Shown here: positions 55,977 through 64,000 of the stretch, one piece after another
Layout of the letters: each line of letters opens with the position of its first letter
Numbering within the stretch: the stretch's first letter is position 1
From: an uncultured Gammaproteobacteria bacterium
GTDB lineage: Bacteria; Patescibacteriota; Patescibacteriia; Magasanikbacterales; UBA922
Reading direction: 5' to 3'
Length of the DNA: 64,000 nt
Assembly: GCA_964565405.1 (NCBI GenBank)
Contig: CAZMEW010000002.1
Coordinates: 20,918-84,917, forward strand
Notes under the pieces: model-generated
What the model was told of the DNA's origin: nothing
Databases searched by the model: none
What the model saw: only the letters and a program-made list of their open reading frames with translations
Position numbers and translations under genes: made by a program

Positions 55977-58508
55977 CTATTCTCCCTCTTCTTCCTTTCC
56001 CGACTCAAGTAGCGCAAGACTTGCGACTTTATCACCCTCTTGCTTGAACCGCATGATGCGTACTCCTTGAGTAGCTCGACCAAGCGTTGAGATAGACTTG
56101 ATTGGGGTTCTAATTACCTGACCTTTTACGGAAATAATCATGAGATCTTGTGTCTCGGTATTATTGATTACGCGAGCACTTATGATATGTCCGGTCTTTG
56201 CAGTAACATCCATGGTTTTGATACCGCTACCTCCACGACTCTGTACTTTGTATTCCGTAAGCATGGTGCGTTTACCGAGACCATTTTCGGAGACTACTAG
56301 TAACTCTAATACTTTTTTCTTAACAAGATCTGAGGATACTACGTCCATACCTACGACTACATCATTGGAACGTAGTTTGATAGCCCTGACCCCGCTCGCA
56401 GTGCGTCCCATAGGGCGTACTTCTTTTTCCTGGAATCGAATTGCCTGACCACCTGAAGTTATAATAATAATATCGTTACTGCCGCTTGAAGGGCGTACCC
56501 ATTCGAGCATGTCATCTTCTTTGAGTTTCAAAGCGATCAATCCAGATCGACGAACGTTTTTGAAATCGTCAAGTTTGGTTTTTTTGATCGTACCTTTATT
56601 AGTTAGCATGACGAGATATTCGTATTTGGTCATGTCGTCCATAGAAAGAATGGTCGACATTTTTTCATTGGGTGCCAACTGGAGGAAATTTACGAGTGCT
56701 TGACCTTTAGCGGTACGACTTCCTTGTGGGATATCATACGCTCGAAGCTGGAATACACGTCCACGCGTGGTAAAGAATAGAATATTGTCATGGGTGTTGG
56801 TTGAGATTATTTGGTCGACCACATCTTCTTCTTTGGTTGTAAGCCCCATAACTCCCTTTCCACCACGACTCTGCTGCTTGAACGTATCTGGAGGAAGGCG
56901 TTTGATATAGCCATCCGCGGTCGTAATTATAAGTGTAGGCTCATTCGGCACCAAATCTTCGATAGAAAATTCCTTAACGCCGTGTTGAATAATTTTTGTT
57001 CTTCGATCTTCCGCGAACCGTTCACGGATTTCGGTAACTTCGCCTTTGATAATAGCAAGTATTTTTGCAGGACTCTTCAAGATCGATTCAAGTTCGGCAA
57101 TCAGCTTCTTCTTTTCCTTGAGTTCATCTTCAATTTTTTGTCTCTCGAGGTTTGCGAGTTGTTGTAAGCGCATTTCAAGAATCGCAACCGTCTGTCTCTC
57201 TGTAAAATCAAATTTTTTCATGAGGTTCACTTTCGCTTCTTCTTTATCTTTGGATTTACGAATAGTGGTGATGATGAGATCGATTTTGTCGAGCGCTTTT
57301 TTCAGTCCTTCGAGAATATGCGCACGATCCTTCGCTTTTTCAAGATCAAATTCAGTTCGTCTTCGAATGACCACTTGTCGGTGTTTGATAAATTCCTCAA
57401 GTACTGATTTTAGGTTCAACACGCGCGGTTGAATACCGTCAACCAGCGCAAGCATATTTACATGGAACGTGGTCTGGAGTTCGGTTAATTTGAATAATTG
57501 ATTTAAGACTTTTTTAGGATACGAATCTTTTTTGAGCTCAATCACGATACGTACTCCATCTTTGTTTGACTCATCACGCAGATCTTTGATTCCATCAAGT
57601 TTTTTTTCTTGTACTAAGGTGGCAATTTTTTCAATCAGAGTCGCCTTGTTCACCTGGTAGGGAACTTCACTCACAATAATATTGAATCGATCACCAGCAA
57701 GTTCAACAATCTCAGTTTTTGCTCGCATAACAATCCCACCTCGTCCGGTTGCGTATGCTGCGAGAATATCATTTTTACTATAGATAATTCCACCCGTCGG
57801 GAAATCAGGACCTTTGATATGATCAACTAATTCTTCAATCGTAATTTTCGGGTTTTCAATGAGCGCAGCAATACCATCGCATAATTCTCCCAAGTTGTGC
57901 GGAGGGATATTAGTTGCCATACCAACCGCAATACCCATGCTCCCATTCAAGAGTAGGTTGGGAAATTTGCTTGGAAGTACCCGAGGTTCCTTGTGGGAGC
58001 CATCGTAGGTGGGCGCAAAATCAACGGTATTTTTTTCGATATCAAGAAGCATTTCTTCTGCGAGTGAACGAAGTTTTACTTCAGTGTAACGCATGGCTGC
58101 GGCACTATCTCCATCCATGGAACCGAAGTTTCCTTGACCGTGCACAAGCATGTGGCGCATGTTGAATTCTTGCGCCATTCTAACCAATGAATCGTAGATC
58201 GCTGAATCTCCGTGAGGATGGTATTTACCCATCACGTCTCCTACGACGTGTGCAGATTTTCTGAATTTTGCAGTATGTTTCAATCCGATGCCCCACATGG
58301 CATATAAAATACGTCGATGCACGGGCTTGAAACCATCTCGAACATCAGGTAGTGCTCGAGAAACAATCACACTCATTGCATAATCAAGATATGAAGTGCG
58401 CATTTCTTCTACTAAATTGACCGTTTCGACTTTTCCCTCAGTTAGACTTGGTTGGACTGGTTTAGGTACTACAGGTTCTACAATTTCTTTGGTGTCTTTT
58501 TTACTCAT
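55977..58508 (-). CDS. gyrA: DNA gyrase subunit A
   Basis: [39 protein letters not shown] and GyrA-box QSRGGKG. Confidence 0.98.
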   Translation of the reverse strand: MSKKDTKEIVEPVVPKPVQPSLTEGKVETVNLVEEMRTSYLDYAMSVIVSRALPDVRDGFKPVHRRILYAMWGIGLKHTAKFRKSAHVVGDVMGKYHPHGDSAIYDSLVRMAQEFNMRHMLVHGQGNFGSMDGDSAAAMRYTEVKLRSLAEEMLLDIEKNTVDFAPTYDGSHKEPRVLPSKFPNLLLNGSMGIAVGMATNIPPHNLGELCDGIAALIENPKITIEELVDHIKGPDFPTGGIIYSKNDILAAYATGRGGIVMRAKTEIVELAGDRFNIIVSEVPYQVNKATLIEKIATLVQEKKLDGIKDLRDESNKDGVRIVIELKKDSYPKKVLNQLFKLTELQTTFHVNMLALVDGIQPRVLNLKSVLEEFIKHRQVVIRRRTEFDLEKAKDRAHILEGLKKALDKIDLIITTIRKSKDKEEAKVNLMKKFDFTERQTVAILEMRLQQLANLERQKIEDELKEKKKLIAELESILKSPAKILAIIKGEVTEIRERFAEDRRTKIIQHGVKEFSIEDLVPNEPTLIITTADGYIKRLPPDTFKQQSRGGKGVMGLTTKEEDVVDQIISTNTHDNILFFTTRGRVFQLRAYDIPQGSRTAKGQALVNFLQLAPNEKMSTILSMDDMTKYEYLVMLTNKGTIKKTKLDDFKNVRRSGLIALKLKEDDMLEWVRPSSGSNDIIIITSGGQAIRFQEKEVRPMGRTASGVRAIKLRSNDVVVGMDVVSSDLVKKKVLELLVVSENGLGKRTMLTEYKVQSRGGSGIKTMDVTAKTGHIISARVINNTETQDLMIISVKGQVIRTPIKSISTLGRATQGVRIMRFKQEGDKVASLALLESGKEEEGE

Positions 58509-58521
58509 AAGATAGTTTTAA

Positions 58522-59043
58522 TTATGGTGTAGTCGCAGAAAAGTTTTCGGGTGATTGGTCGGATGTGCTTGATGTGGTAGTCGTGATAGGTGCGGTTGAG
58601 GTGGTGCTAGAGGCGGTGATCATGGGCAGGAGCGCTTGCACTACCATTGCTTTTAATTCCCCAGGGCTTTTGATAGTACCTTTGAGTTTTTCTTCCATAC
58701 GGGTGAAGGTAGAAATCAGCATCGACAGGTCTTCCTGACCCGAGTCAGTAAAACTTTTTGTAGGGTTGAGTGTCTCTTTATTTTGCGCAATGGTATTTGA
58801 AATATAGACGACCCAAAATGCGAAAATACAGAGTGTACATCCGATAACTCCAGCAGCCATCCATCGCTTGCTGTGTAGGGGTGATTTATAAATTGGTGAT
58901 GATTTTTGCTCAGCAGTATCATGTTGTCGAGGGGACTCTTCTTCTGGGTGTGTTGAATTTTTTTTGAACTCCTCAACAATAAGAGTGGGAATTTCTTTTA
59001 CTGCCTGTGAAATTTCAGAAGATGTCGCACGTCTATGGGGCAT
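58522..59043 (-). CDS. hypothetical single-TM protein
   Basis: Central TM helix and Thr/Ser-rich tail; co-oriented with gyrA. Confidence 0.65.
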   Translation of the reverse strand: MPHRRATSSEISQAVKEIPTLIVEEFKKNSTHPEEESPRQHDTAEQKSSPIYKSPLHSKRWMAAGVIGCTLCIFAFWVVYISNTIAQNKETLNPTKSFTDSGQEDLSMLISTFTRMEEKLKGTIKSPGELKAMVVQALLPMITASSTTSTAPITTTTSSTSDQSPENFSATTP

Positions 59044-59075
59044 ACCACTAATATGTCTTTATAAAAGACTTGGAA

Positions 59076-59690
59076 TTATTCTTTCCCAAGTAAAATTACT
59101 CGAGTTTCTTCCTCAGGGAGATCTTTCTTTTTAATTATTACTTTCTTTTCCTCACTTGGTACTTGGAGTCCGAGACCGCGGATAAAGGCATCAGGAGTAC
59201 TTGCGTCCGGATCATTATCGGATTTAAATGCAATAGGTACTACAATGCGAGGTTCAATACTATTGACGATCTTAATTGCTGCTTCAGTCTCTAACGCTGC
59301 TTTATTACCAGCAGGAATAAAGACTATATCAACTCCAGAGAGTATTTCGAGTTGAGTTGGGGTTAGAGAGTCTTTGAGTAAACCCAGGTGTGCCATACTA
59401 ATTCCTTCGATATCAATCCGGAACATCATCGAATCTTCAGTATGTCCCGAAACACCGGTAACCAGTACTCCCTTTGAGTCAATTTCTCCAGGTGTATCAA
59501 GGATAAAAGGAGTGCCAGAGAGAGTAAACATATCCTTTTCACCGCGGCACAACAATACTACGTCTGCAGTAAGACTGCGTGGGGAAGTACCTTGTGAAGC
59601 TTTATAAGGGTCTACAAGCACTATCACATCCGAATCAAGATATTTTGTCTGAAGTTTAATCGTCGTGCCCCCAAGCCAAGAAATGTGCAT
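59076..59690 (-). CDS. metallo-beta-lactamase-fold protein (degenerate metal motif)
   Basis: M.ISWLG, LVDPY, PGE...KGV.V.G, VDIVFIP.G and IEPRIVVPI. Start taken at ATG 59690. Confidence 0.75.
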   Translation of the reverse strand: MHISWLGGTTIKLQTKYLDSDVIVLVDPYKASQGTSPRSLTADVVLLCRGEKDMFTLSGTPFILDTPGEIDSKGVLVTGVSGHTEDSMMFRIDIEGISMAHLGLLKDSLTPTQLEILSGVDIVFIPAGNKAALETEAAIKIVNSIEPRIVVPIAFKSDNDPDASTPDAFIRGLGLQVPSEEKKVIIKKKDLPEEETRVILLGKE

Positions 59691-60028
59691 AATAAATCTG
59701 GATAATTCAAGGATAATATTATGGAGATAGTATACAAGGTTTTTAGTATATAGGCAAGGGTATTTTGTAAGCTCAAAACACCACACTCAAAGCTGGAAAG
59801 GAGTGGGAAATTATATATATATTGCTGAGTTTAAAGTTATAGTTGTGCACTTAGAGTTTTGAGCTTTAATTTAAGACGTTTAGGGGGTATCCAGACTGAC
59901 TATCAGATGCCCCTTGCAAAATGTAAGAAATCCTGCTACACTAAGCCCACTTTTATTTAACCCAGGCTTTCTGGGACTTACCTTGATGGTAGGTTAAGTC
60001 ATGATCTTGGCTAAAACAAGAGAAAAAT

Positions 60029-61189
60029 ATGACACAAACTCAAAAATTTGAAGAGTTATTAAAGGATTATTTTGCACAAATACCACAAGTTGGTGATTTG
60101 GTAAAAGGTAAAGTTATCTCGATTGATCGAGGGGAAGTACGCGTTGACATCAATGGCATTATCATTGGTGTAGTTCGTGGGGAAGAATTATTTAGCGAAT
60201 CAAAAGAATTTGCACATATCAAAATCGGAGACGAAGTAGAGGCTACGGTCGTCGAAGATGAGAATGAAAACGGAGAAATGGAACTCTCATTCCGTGTTGC
60301 TGGACATCGATTGGTCTGGGAGCGCATGGCAAAGTATGTAAAAGAAGGAACCGTGATCAAGGCAAAAATTATACAGGCAAACAAAGGTGGTCTGATGCTT
60401 CAGGCAGACGCTCTTACTGGATTTATGCCTGTATCACAGCTGAACCCTGATAACTATCCACGCGTACAAGGTGGAGACAAGAACCGAATTTTGGAACACC
60501 TAAAGAAGTTTGTTGGAACCACGATCAAAGTGAAAGTGCTTGATGCAAACATGGATGATGAGAAGCTTATTTTCTCAGAGAAAGAAGTGTGGGAAGAGGA
60601 GCAGAAGAATATCCTTGATTCATACAAAGTGGGAGACAAGATTGAGGGGGAAGTTTCAGCATTGACCCCATTTGGAGCGTTTGTAAAATTTGGCGAGGGT
60701 CTCGAAGGATTGGTACATATTTCAGAGATTGTATGGCAGAGAATTGACCATCCAAAAGACATCTTGAAAGTTGGAGATAAAGTGAAAGCACAAATTATCG
60801 ACCTCAATAAATCAAAAATTTACCTCTCACTTAAACGTCTCGTTGATGATCCATGGAAATCAGTAAAAGAAAAATATACTATCGGACAAATTGTAAAGGG
60901 AGAGGTACACAAGGTAGAGTCTTTCGGCCTGATGGTAAAATTAGATAATGAAATTCATGGGCTGGCGCATATCTCTGATCTCTCAGACAAGCGCGTTGCT
61001 GATCCGAAGGAATTATTAGTCAAATTTGAAATTGGGAAGCCGTACAACTTTGAAATCATCTCGATTGAACCTGGAGAACACCGCCTCGGACTTCGTCTCG
61101 AAGGGGTAAAGAAAAAGGAATCGAAGAAAGAGGATGAAAAAGTTGAAGAGAAGAAAGAAGAAGTAAAAGGTGAAGAAAAAACCGCATAA
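60029..61189 (+). CDS. rpsA: 30S ribosomal protein S1 (four S1 domains)
   Basis: Repeated S1 motifs: NKGGL, GF.P.SQL, FGAFV...GLEGLVHISEI and GLAHISDLS. Confidence 0.9.
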   Translation: MTQTQKFEELLKDYFAQIPQVGDLVKGKVISIDRGEVRVDINGIIIGVVRGEELFSESKEFAHIKIGDEVEATVVEDENENGEMELSFRVAGHRLVWERMAKYVKEGTVIKAKIIQANKGGLMLQADALTGFMPVSQLNPDNYPRVQGGDKNRILEHLKKFVGTTIKVKVLDANMDDEKLIFSEKEVWEEEQKNILDSYKVGDKIEGEVSALTPFGAFVKFGEGLEGLVHISEIVWQRIDHPKDILKVGDKVKAQIIDLNKSKIYLSLKRLVDDPWKSVKEKYTIGQIVKGEVHKVESFGLMVKLDNEIHGLAHISDLSDKRVADPKELLVKFEIGKPYNFEIISIEPGEHRLGLRLEGVKKKESKKEDEKVEEKKEEVKGEEKTA

Positions 61190-61196
61190 ATAAGAT

Positions 61197-61224
61197 AAAC
61201 CCCGCACATATCATGCGGGGTTTT
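61197..61224 (+). terminator. intrinsic terminator after rpsA
   Basis: AAACCCCGCA-catatca-TGCGGGGTTTT. Confidence 0.8.
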
Positions 61225-61229
61225 GATTA

Positions 61230-61258
61230 TTGACAAAGGCACATTATTTACATATACT
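61230..61258 (+). promoter_or_regulatory. sigma70 promoter of ftsH
   Basis: TTGACA-17 bp-TATACT. Confidence 0.7.
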
Positions 61259-61293
61259 CATTCTATTACCCAGTAAATTGAACATAGCGATTT

Positions 61294-63132
61294 ATGAAGC
61301 AACTATTGAAAAATTTTTTTATCGTTTTTGCAACACTTTTTGTGATTGCGGCGGCTGTTTCCATGATTAATTTCACTGGAGTTCACCCTAAATCTGCAAA
61401 TATCTCGGAGCTCGTCAATAAGATTAAGGCGGACGAAGTTTCGGTTGTTGAAGTACGTGGAGATACGCTGATTGTAAAATTAAAAGACACAAACGCGCAA
61501 CCGCTCGAAATAAAGAGAGAAACCAGTGTGTCTTTTGGAGAATTACTGACACCATATGGTGTCACACCAGAAGAATTAAACAAAATTTCAGTTGAAGTCA
61601 AAGAAGAATCAGGTTGGAGATTCTGGGTGGGGGTATTAGTGCCCTGGATCGTACCCCTAGGACTAATCTTAGTGTTTATTTTTTTCGTTACTCGACAGGT
61701 ACAGGGAGCGAATAGTCGTGCAATGGGATTTGGAGAAAGTAAGGCAAAAGAAGCAAAGCCAGATGATAACAATCGAAAGACATTTGTCGACGTAGCAGGT
61801 GCAAAAGAGGCAAAAGAAGAATTACTTGAAGTGGTAGACTTCTTGAAGGATCCGAAAAAATTTACTGACATGGGAGCGAAAATTCCACGCGGAGTGTTAC
61901 TGATGGGCTCACCGGGCACCGGGAAAACACTACTTGCAAAAGCAGTTGCTGGAGAAGCTGGAGTTCCCTTTTTTCACATATCGGGATCTGAATTTGTCGA
62001 GATGTTTGTAGGAGTCGGGGCTTCACGAGTTCGAGATTTATTCAACAAAGCAAAAAAATCAGCTCCCGCAATTGTATTTATTGACGAAATCGATGCCGTT
62101 GGGCGAAAACGTGGGGCTGGGCTTGGCGGAAGTCATGATGAACGAGAACAGACATTGAATCAAATTCTTGTTGAAATGGACGGATTTGATCCAAACTTGG
62201 GGGTAATTGTCATGGCTGCAACCAATAGACCTGATGTACTTGACCCGGCTCTATTGCGCCCTGGCCGATTTGATCGACGGGTAGTCATTGATCTTCCTGA
62301 TATCAATGATCGCGAAGAGATACTCGTAGTACATGCAAAAAATAAAAAACTTGCAGGGAATGTATCACTCAAAAAAATTGCCGAACGAACCCCAGGATTT
62401 TCTGGTGCTGATTTGGAAAATTTATTGAACGAAGCGGCAATTCTCGCCGTTAGACGTGGCAAACAAATTATCGATGAGATCGAAATTCTTGAAAGCATCG
62501 AGAAAGTAATTTTGGGTCCAGAGAAAAAATCTCGACTCATGACGCAAAAAGATCGTGAAATGACTGCCTATCATGAAGCAGGGCATGCAATTGTTGGCCA
62601 CTTTCTACCCAATTGTGATCCAGTACGCAAAGTATCCATTATTGGTCGGGGTATGGCAGGCGGATACACACTCAGTATGCCTGAAAGCGACGTGCGATAT
62701 CGAACTCTTGCTAAGTTCAAAGATGAGATTGCTATGATGCTCGGGGGATATGTTACTGAACGTTTGATCTATGGACATGATCAGCTCTCGACCGGACCAT
62801 CAAGTGATCTAAAAAAAGCAACGTCAACTGCACGGTCAATGATTCTTAAATATGGTATGAGTGAAAAATTGGGCCCGCGCCAATATGGAGAAAATGAGGA
62901 AATGATATTTCTAGCTCAGGAAATTCATGATAAGAAAAACTATAGTGAAAAAACAGCAGAATTAATCGATGCAGAAATTAGCCAGGTGCTCGATGACGCA
63001 CTCAAAGTTGCTGAGCGAGTAATTACCGAACATCGCAAGCAGATGGATGATCTCGTCAAAGTATTGATTGAAAAAGAAACTGTTGAACAAGAAGAGTTTA
63101 AGAAAATAATGGGAGATGTAGCTATGGCTTAA
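61294..63132 (+). CDS. ftsH: ATP-dependent zinc metalloprotease FtsH
   Basis: Two TMs, Walker [27 protein letters not shown] and HEAGH. Confidence 0.98.
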   Translation: MKQLLKNFFIVFATLFVIAAAVSMINFTGVHPKSANISELVNKIKADEVSVVEVRGDTLIVKLKDTNAQPLEIKRETSVSFGELLTPYGVTPEELNKISVEVKEESGWRFWVGVLVPWIVPLGLILVFIFFVTRQVQGANSRAMGFGESKAKEAKPDDNNRKTFVDVAGAKEAKEELLEVVDFLKDPKKFTDMGAKIPRGVLLMGSPGTGKTLLAKAVAGEAGVPFFHISGSEFVEMFVGVGASRVRDLFNKAKKSAPAIVFIDEIDAVGRKRGAGLGGSHDEREQTLNQILVEMDGFDPNLGVIVMAATNRPDVLDPALLRPGRFDRRVVIDLPDINDREEILVVHAKNKKLAGNVSLKKIAERTPGFSGADLENLLNEAAILAVRRGKQIIDEIEILESIEKVILGPEKKSRLMTQKDREMTAYHEAGHAIVGHFLPNCDPVRKVSIIGRGMAGGYTLSMPESDVRYRTLAKFKDEIAMMLGGYVTERLIYGHDQLSTGPSSDLKKATSTARSMILKYGMSEKLGPRQYGENEEMIFLAQEIHDKKNYSEKTAELIDAEISQVLDDALKVAERVITEHRKQMDDLVKVLIEKETVEQEEFKKIMGDVAMA

Positions 63133-63253
63133 ATTTCCATCAATACATCATGCACCGCGGAAACGCGGTGTTTTGCTTTGAATTTTTATCTTTTCCTTTT
63201 GACTCTGCATTGTGCTATACTATGCACAATTACATTCTTCTTAATTTTCAATT

Positions 63254-64000
63254 ATGCAAGAGCCGACACTTCGTGACGTATTCAGAATAAGCTGGAAATT
63301 AACATTCCGGTACAAAGTCTTATGGGTTTTAGGTCTTGGTGCATTGATTTTCGGGCAATTAGGATTGCTTGACGTGGTGACCGGCATCATTAAGGGTGTA
63401 TCGCCTGACAAAGGATTGACGTTTGGAAGTCAAGTTGCGTATTTGTTTTCTCCCAGCACTATCGAGAAGATCGGAAGTACGCTTAATTATTCTTTTGATT
63501 CATGGGCAGCCCTCGCATGGCTACTGATCATCATATTAGGTTTTGGAATTATTTTTGTAATTGTTGCTTCAATCGCGCAGGGTGCGATGGTCCATGCAGC
63601 TGCGCTTTCGATGGAGCACGGACTCAAATCAATTGAGAAGTTTGACGAGTCGTGGCATGCTGGTGCTAAGAATGTTTCTTCTATATTACTTCTCAATGTT
63701 TTGAAAAAAAGTGTACTGTTTGCAATGTCACTGATTGTAGGCGCTGCGGCATTTGCTGCCCTGGTGTATGGCGATGTAAGTTCGACTATTTTGTTTATTA
63801 TCTGCTTTATCTCAGCACTTATTATTGGCATGACAGCATCAGTCGTAAGTATCTTTGCAGTAGGGTATTTGGTAATTGAAAAAAAGAGTTTGTTCAATGC
63901 ACTGGCTAGTGCCTGGAAGTTGTTTACGAAGCACTGGCTCGTGTCCTGTGAAGTGGGAATGGTACTTATCACGTTCAATGTGGTGGTGTGCGTGCTCTTA
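63254..64000 (+). CDS. multi-pass membrane protein (runs off window end)
   Basis: Manual translation from ATG 63254 is open to the end: MQEPTLRDVFRISWKLTFRYKVLWVLG... with several TM segments and a final AL.SAWKLF.KHW. Confidence 0.75.
   Translation, partial: MQEPTLRDVFRISWKLTFRYKVLWVLGLGALIFGQLGLLDVVTGIIKGVSPDKGLTFGSQVAYLFSPSTIEKIGSTLNYSFDSWAALAWLLIIILGFGIIFVIVASIAQGAMVHAAALSMEHGLKSIEKFDESWHAGAKNVSSILLLNVLKKSVLFAMSLIVGAAAFAALVYGDVSSTILFIICFISALIIGMTASVVSIFAVGYLVIEKKSLFNALASAWKLFTKHWLVSCEVGMVLITFNVVVCVLL

Noticed and set aside
63487-63978. 163-aa minus-strand ORF
   Set aside because: It is the antisense shadow of the plus-strand membrane protein starting at 63254.
1-64000. Alternative genetic code (TGA read-through)
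   Set aside because: Conserved genes are full length under the standard bacterial code and several end in TGA at the expected position.

Overview
This 64 kb window looks like the chromosome of a Patescibacteria (CPR) bacterium. That is an inference from compact housekeeping genes, type IV pilus genes without a secretin, a VirB2/TrbC-like pilin array and a type-2 IleRS. The housekeeping backbone includes polA (5' part), tig, rpsF-ssb-rpsR, galU, xer, trxB, rpe, rpiB, T-box-ileS, pepA, ruvA, gyrA, rpsA, ftsH and tRNA-Arg(TCT). The surface region (4.3-26.3 kb) holds a pilB-pilC-pilM/N/O operon, three minor-pilin-like genes and 11 tandem VirB2-like pilin genes, several fused to cargo domains. The main finding is a 9,475-bp integrative element (26358-35832) inserted by a large serine recombinase into the T-arm of the host tRNA-His gene. 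The host tRNA is left in two pieces (5' part 35831-35891, 3' part 26345-26357, both minus strand) and is not rebuilt at either junction. Instead the element carries its own complete, diverged tRNA-His (27826-27897) with its own promoter. The att site lies inside the 3' end of the integrase ORF, so excision would swap the integrase C-terminus. Other cargo: a rolling-circle-type Rep, an AbiV/HEPN-like protein with a divergent structured RNA, a GHKL-ATPase/STAS pair, a repeat surface protein and a zinc protease. All calls come from reading motifs by eye; no database search was run.
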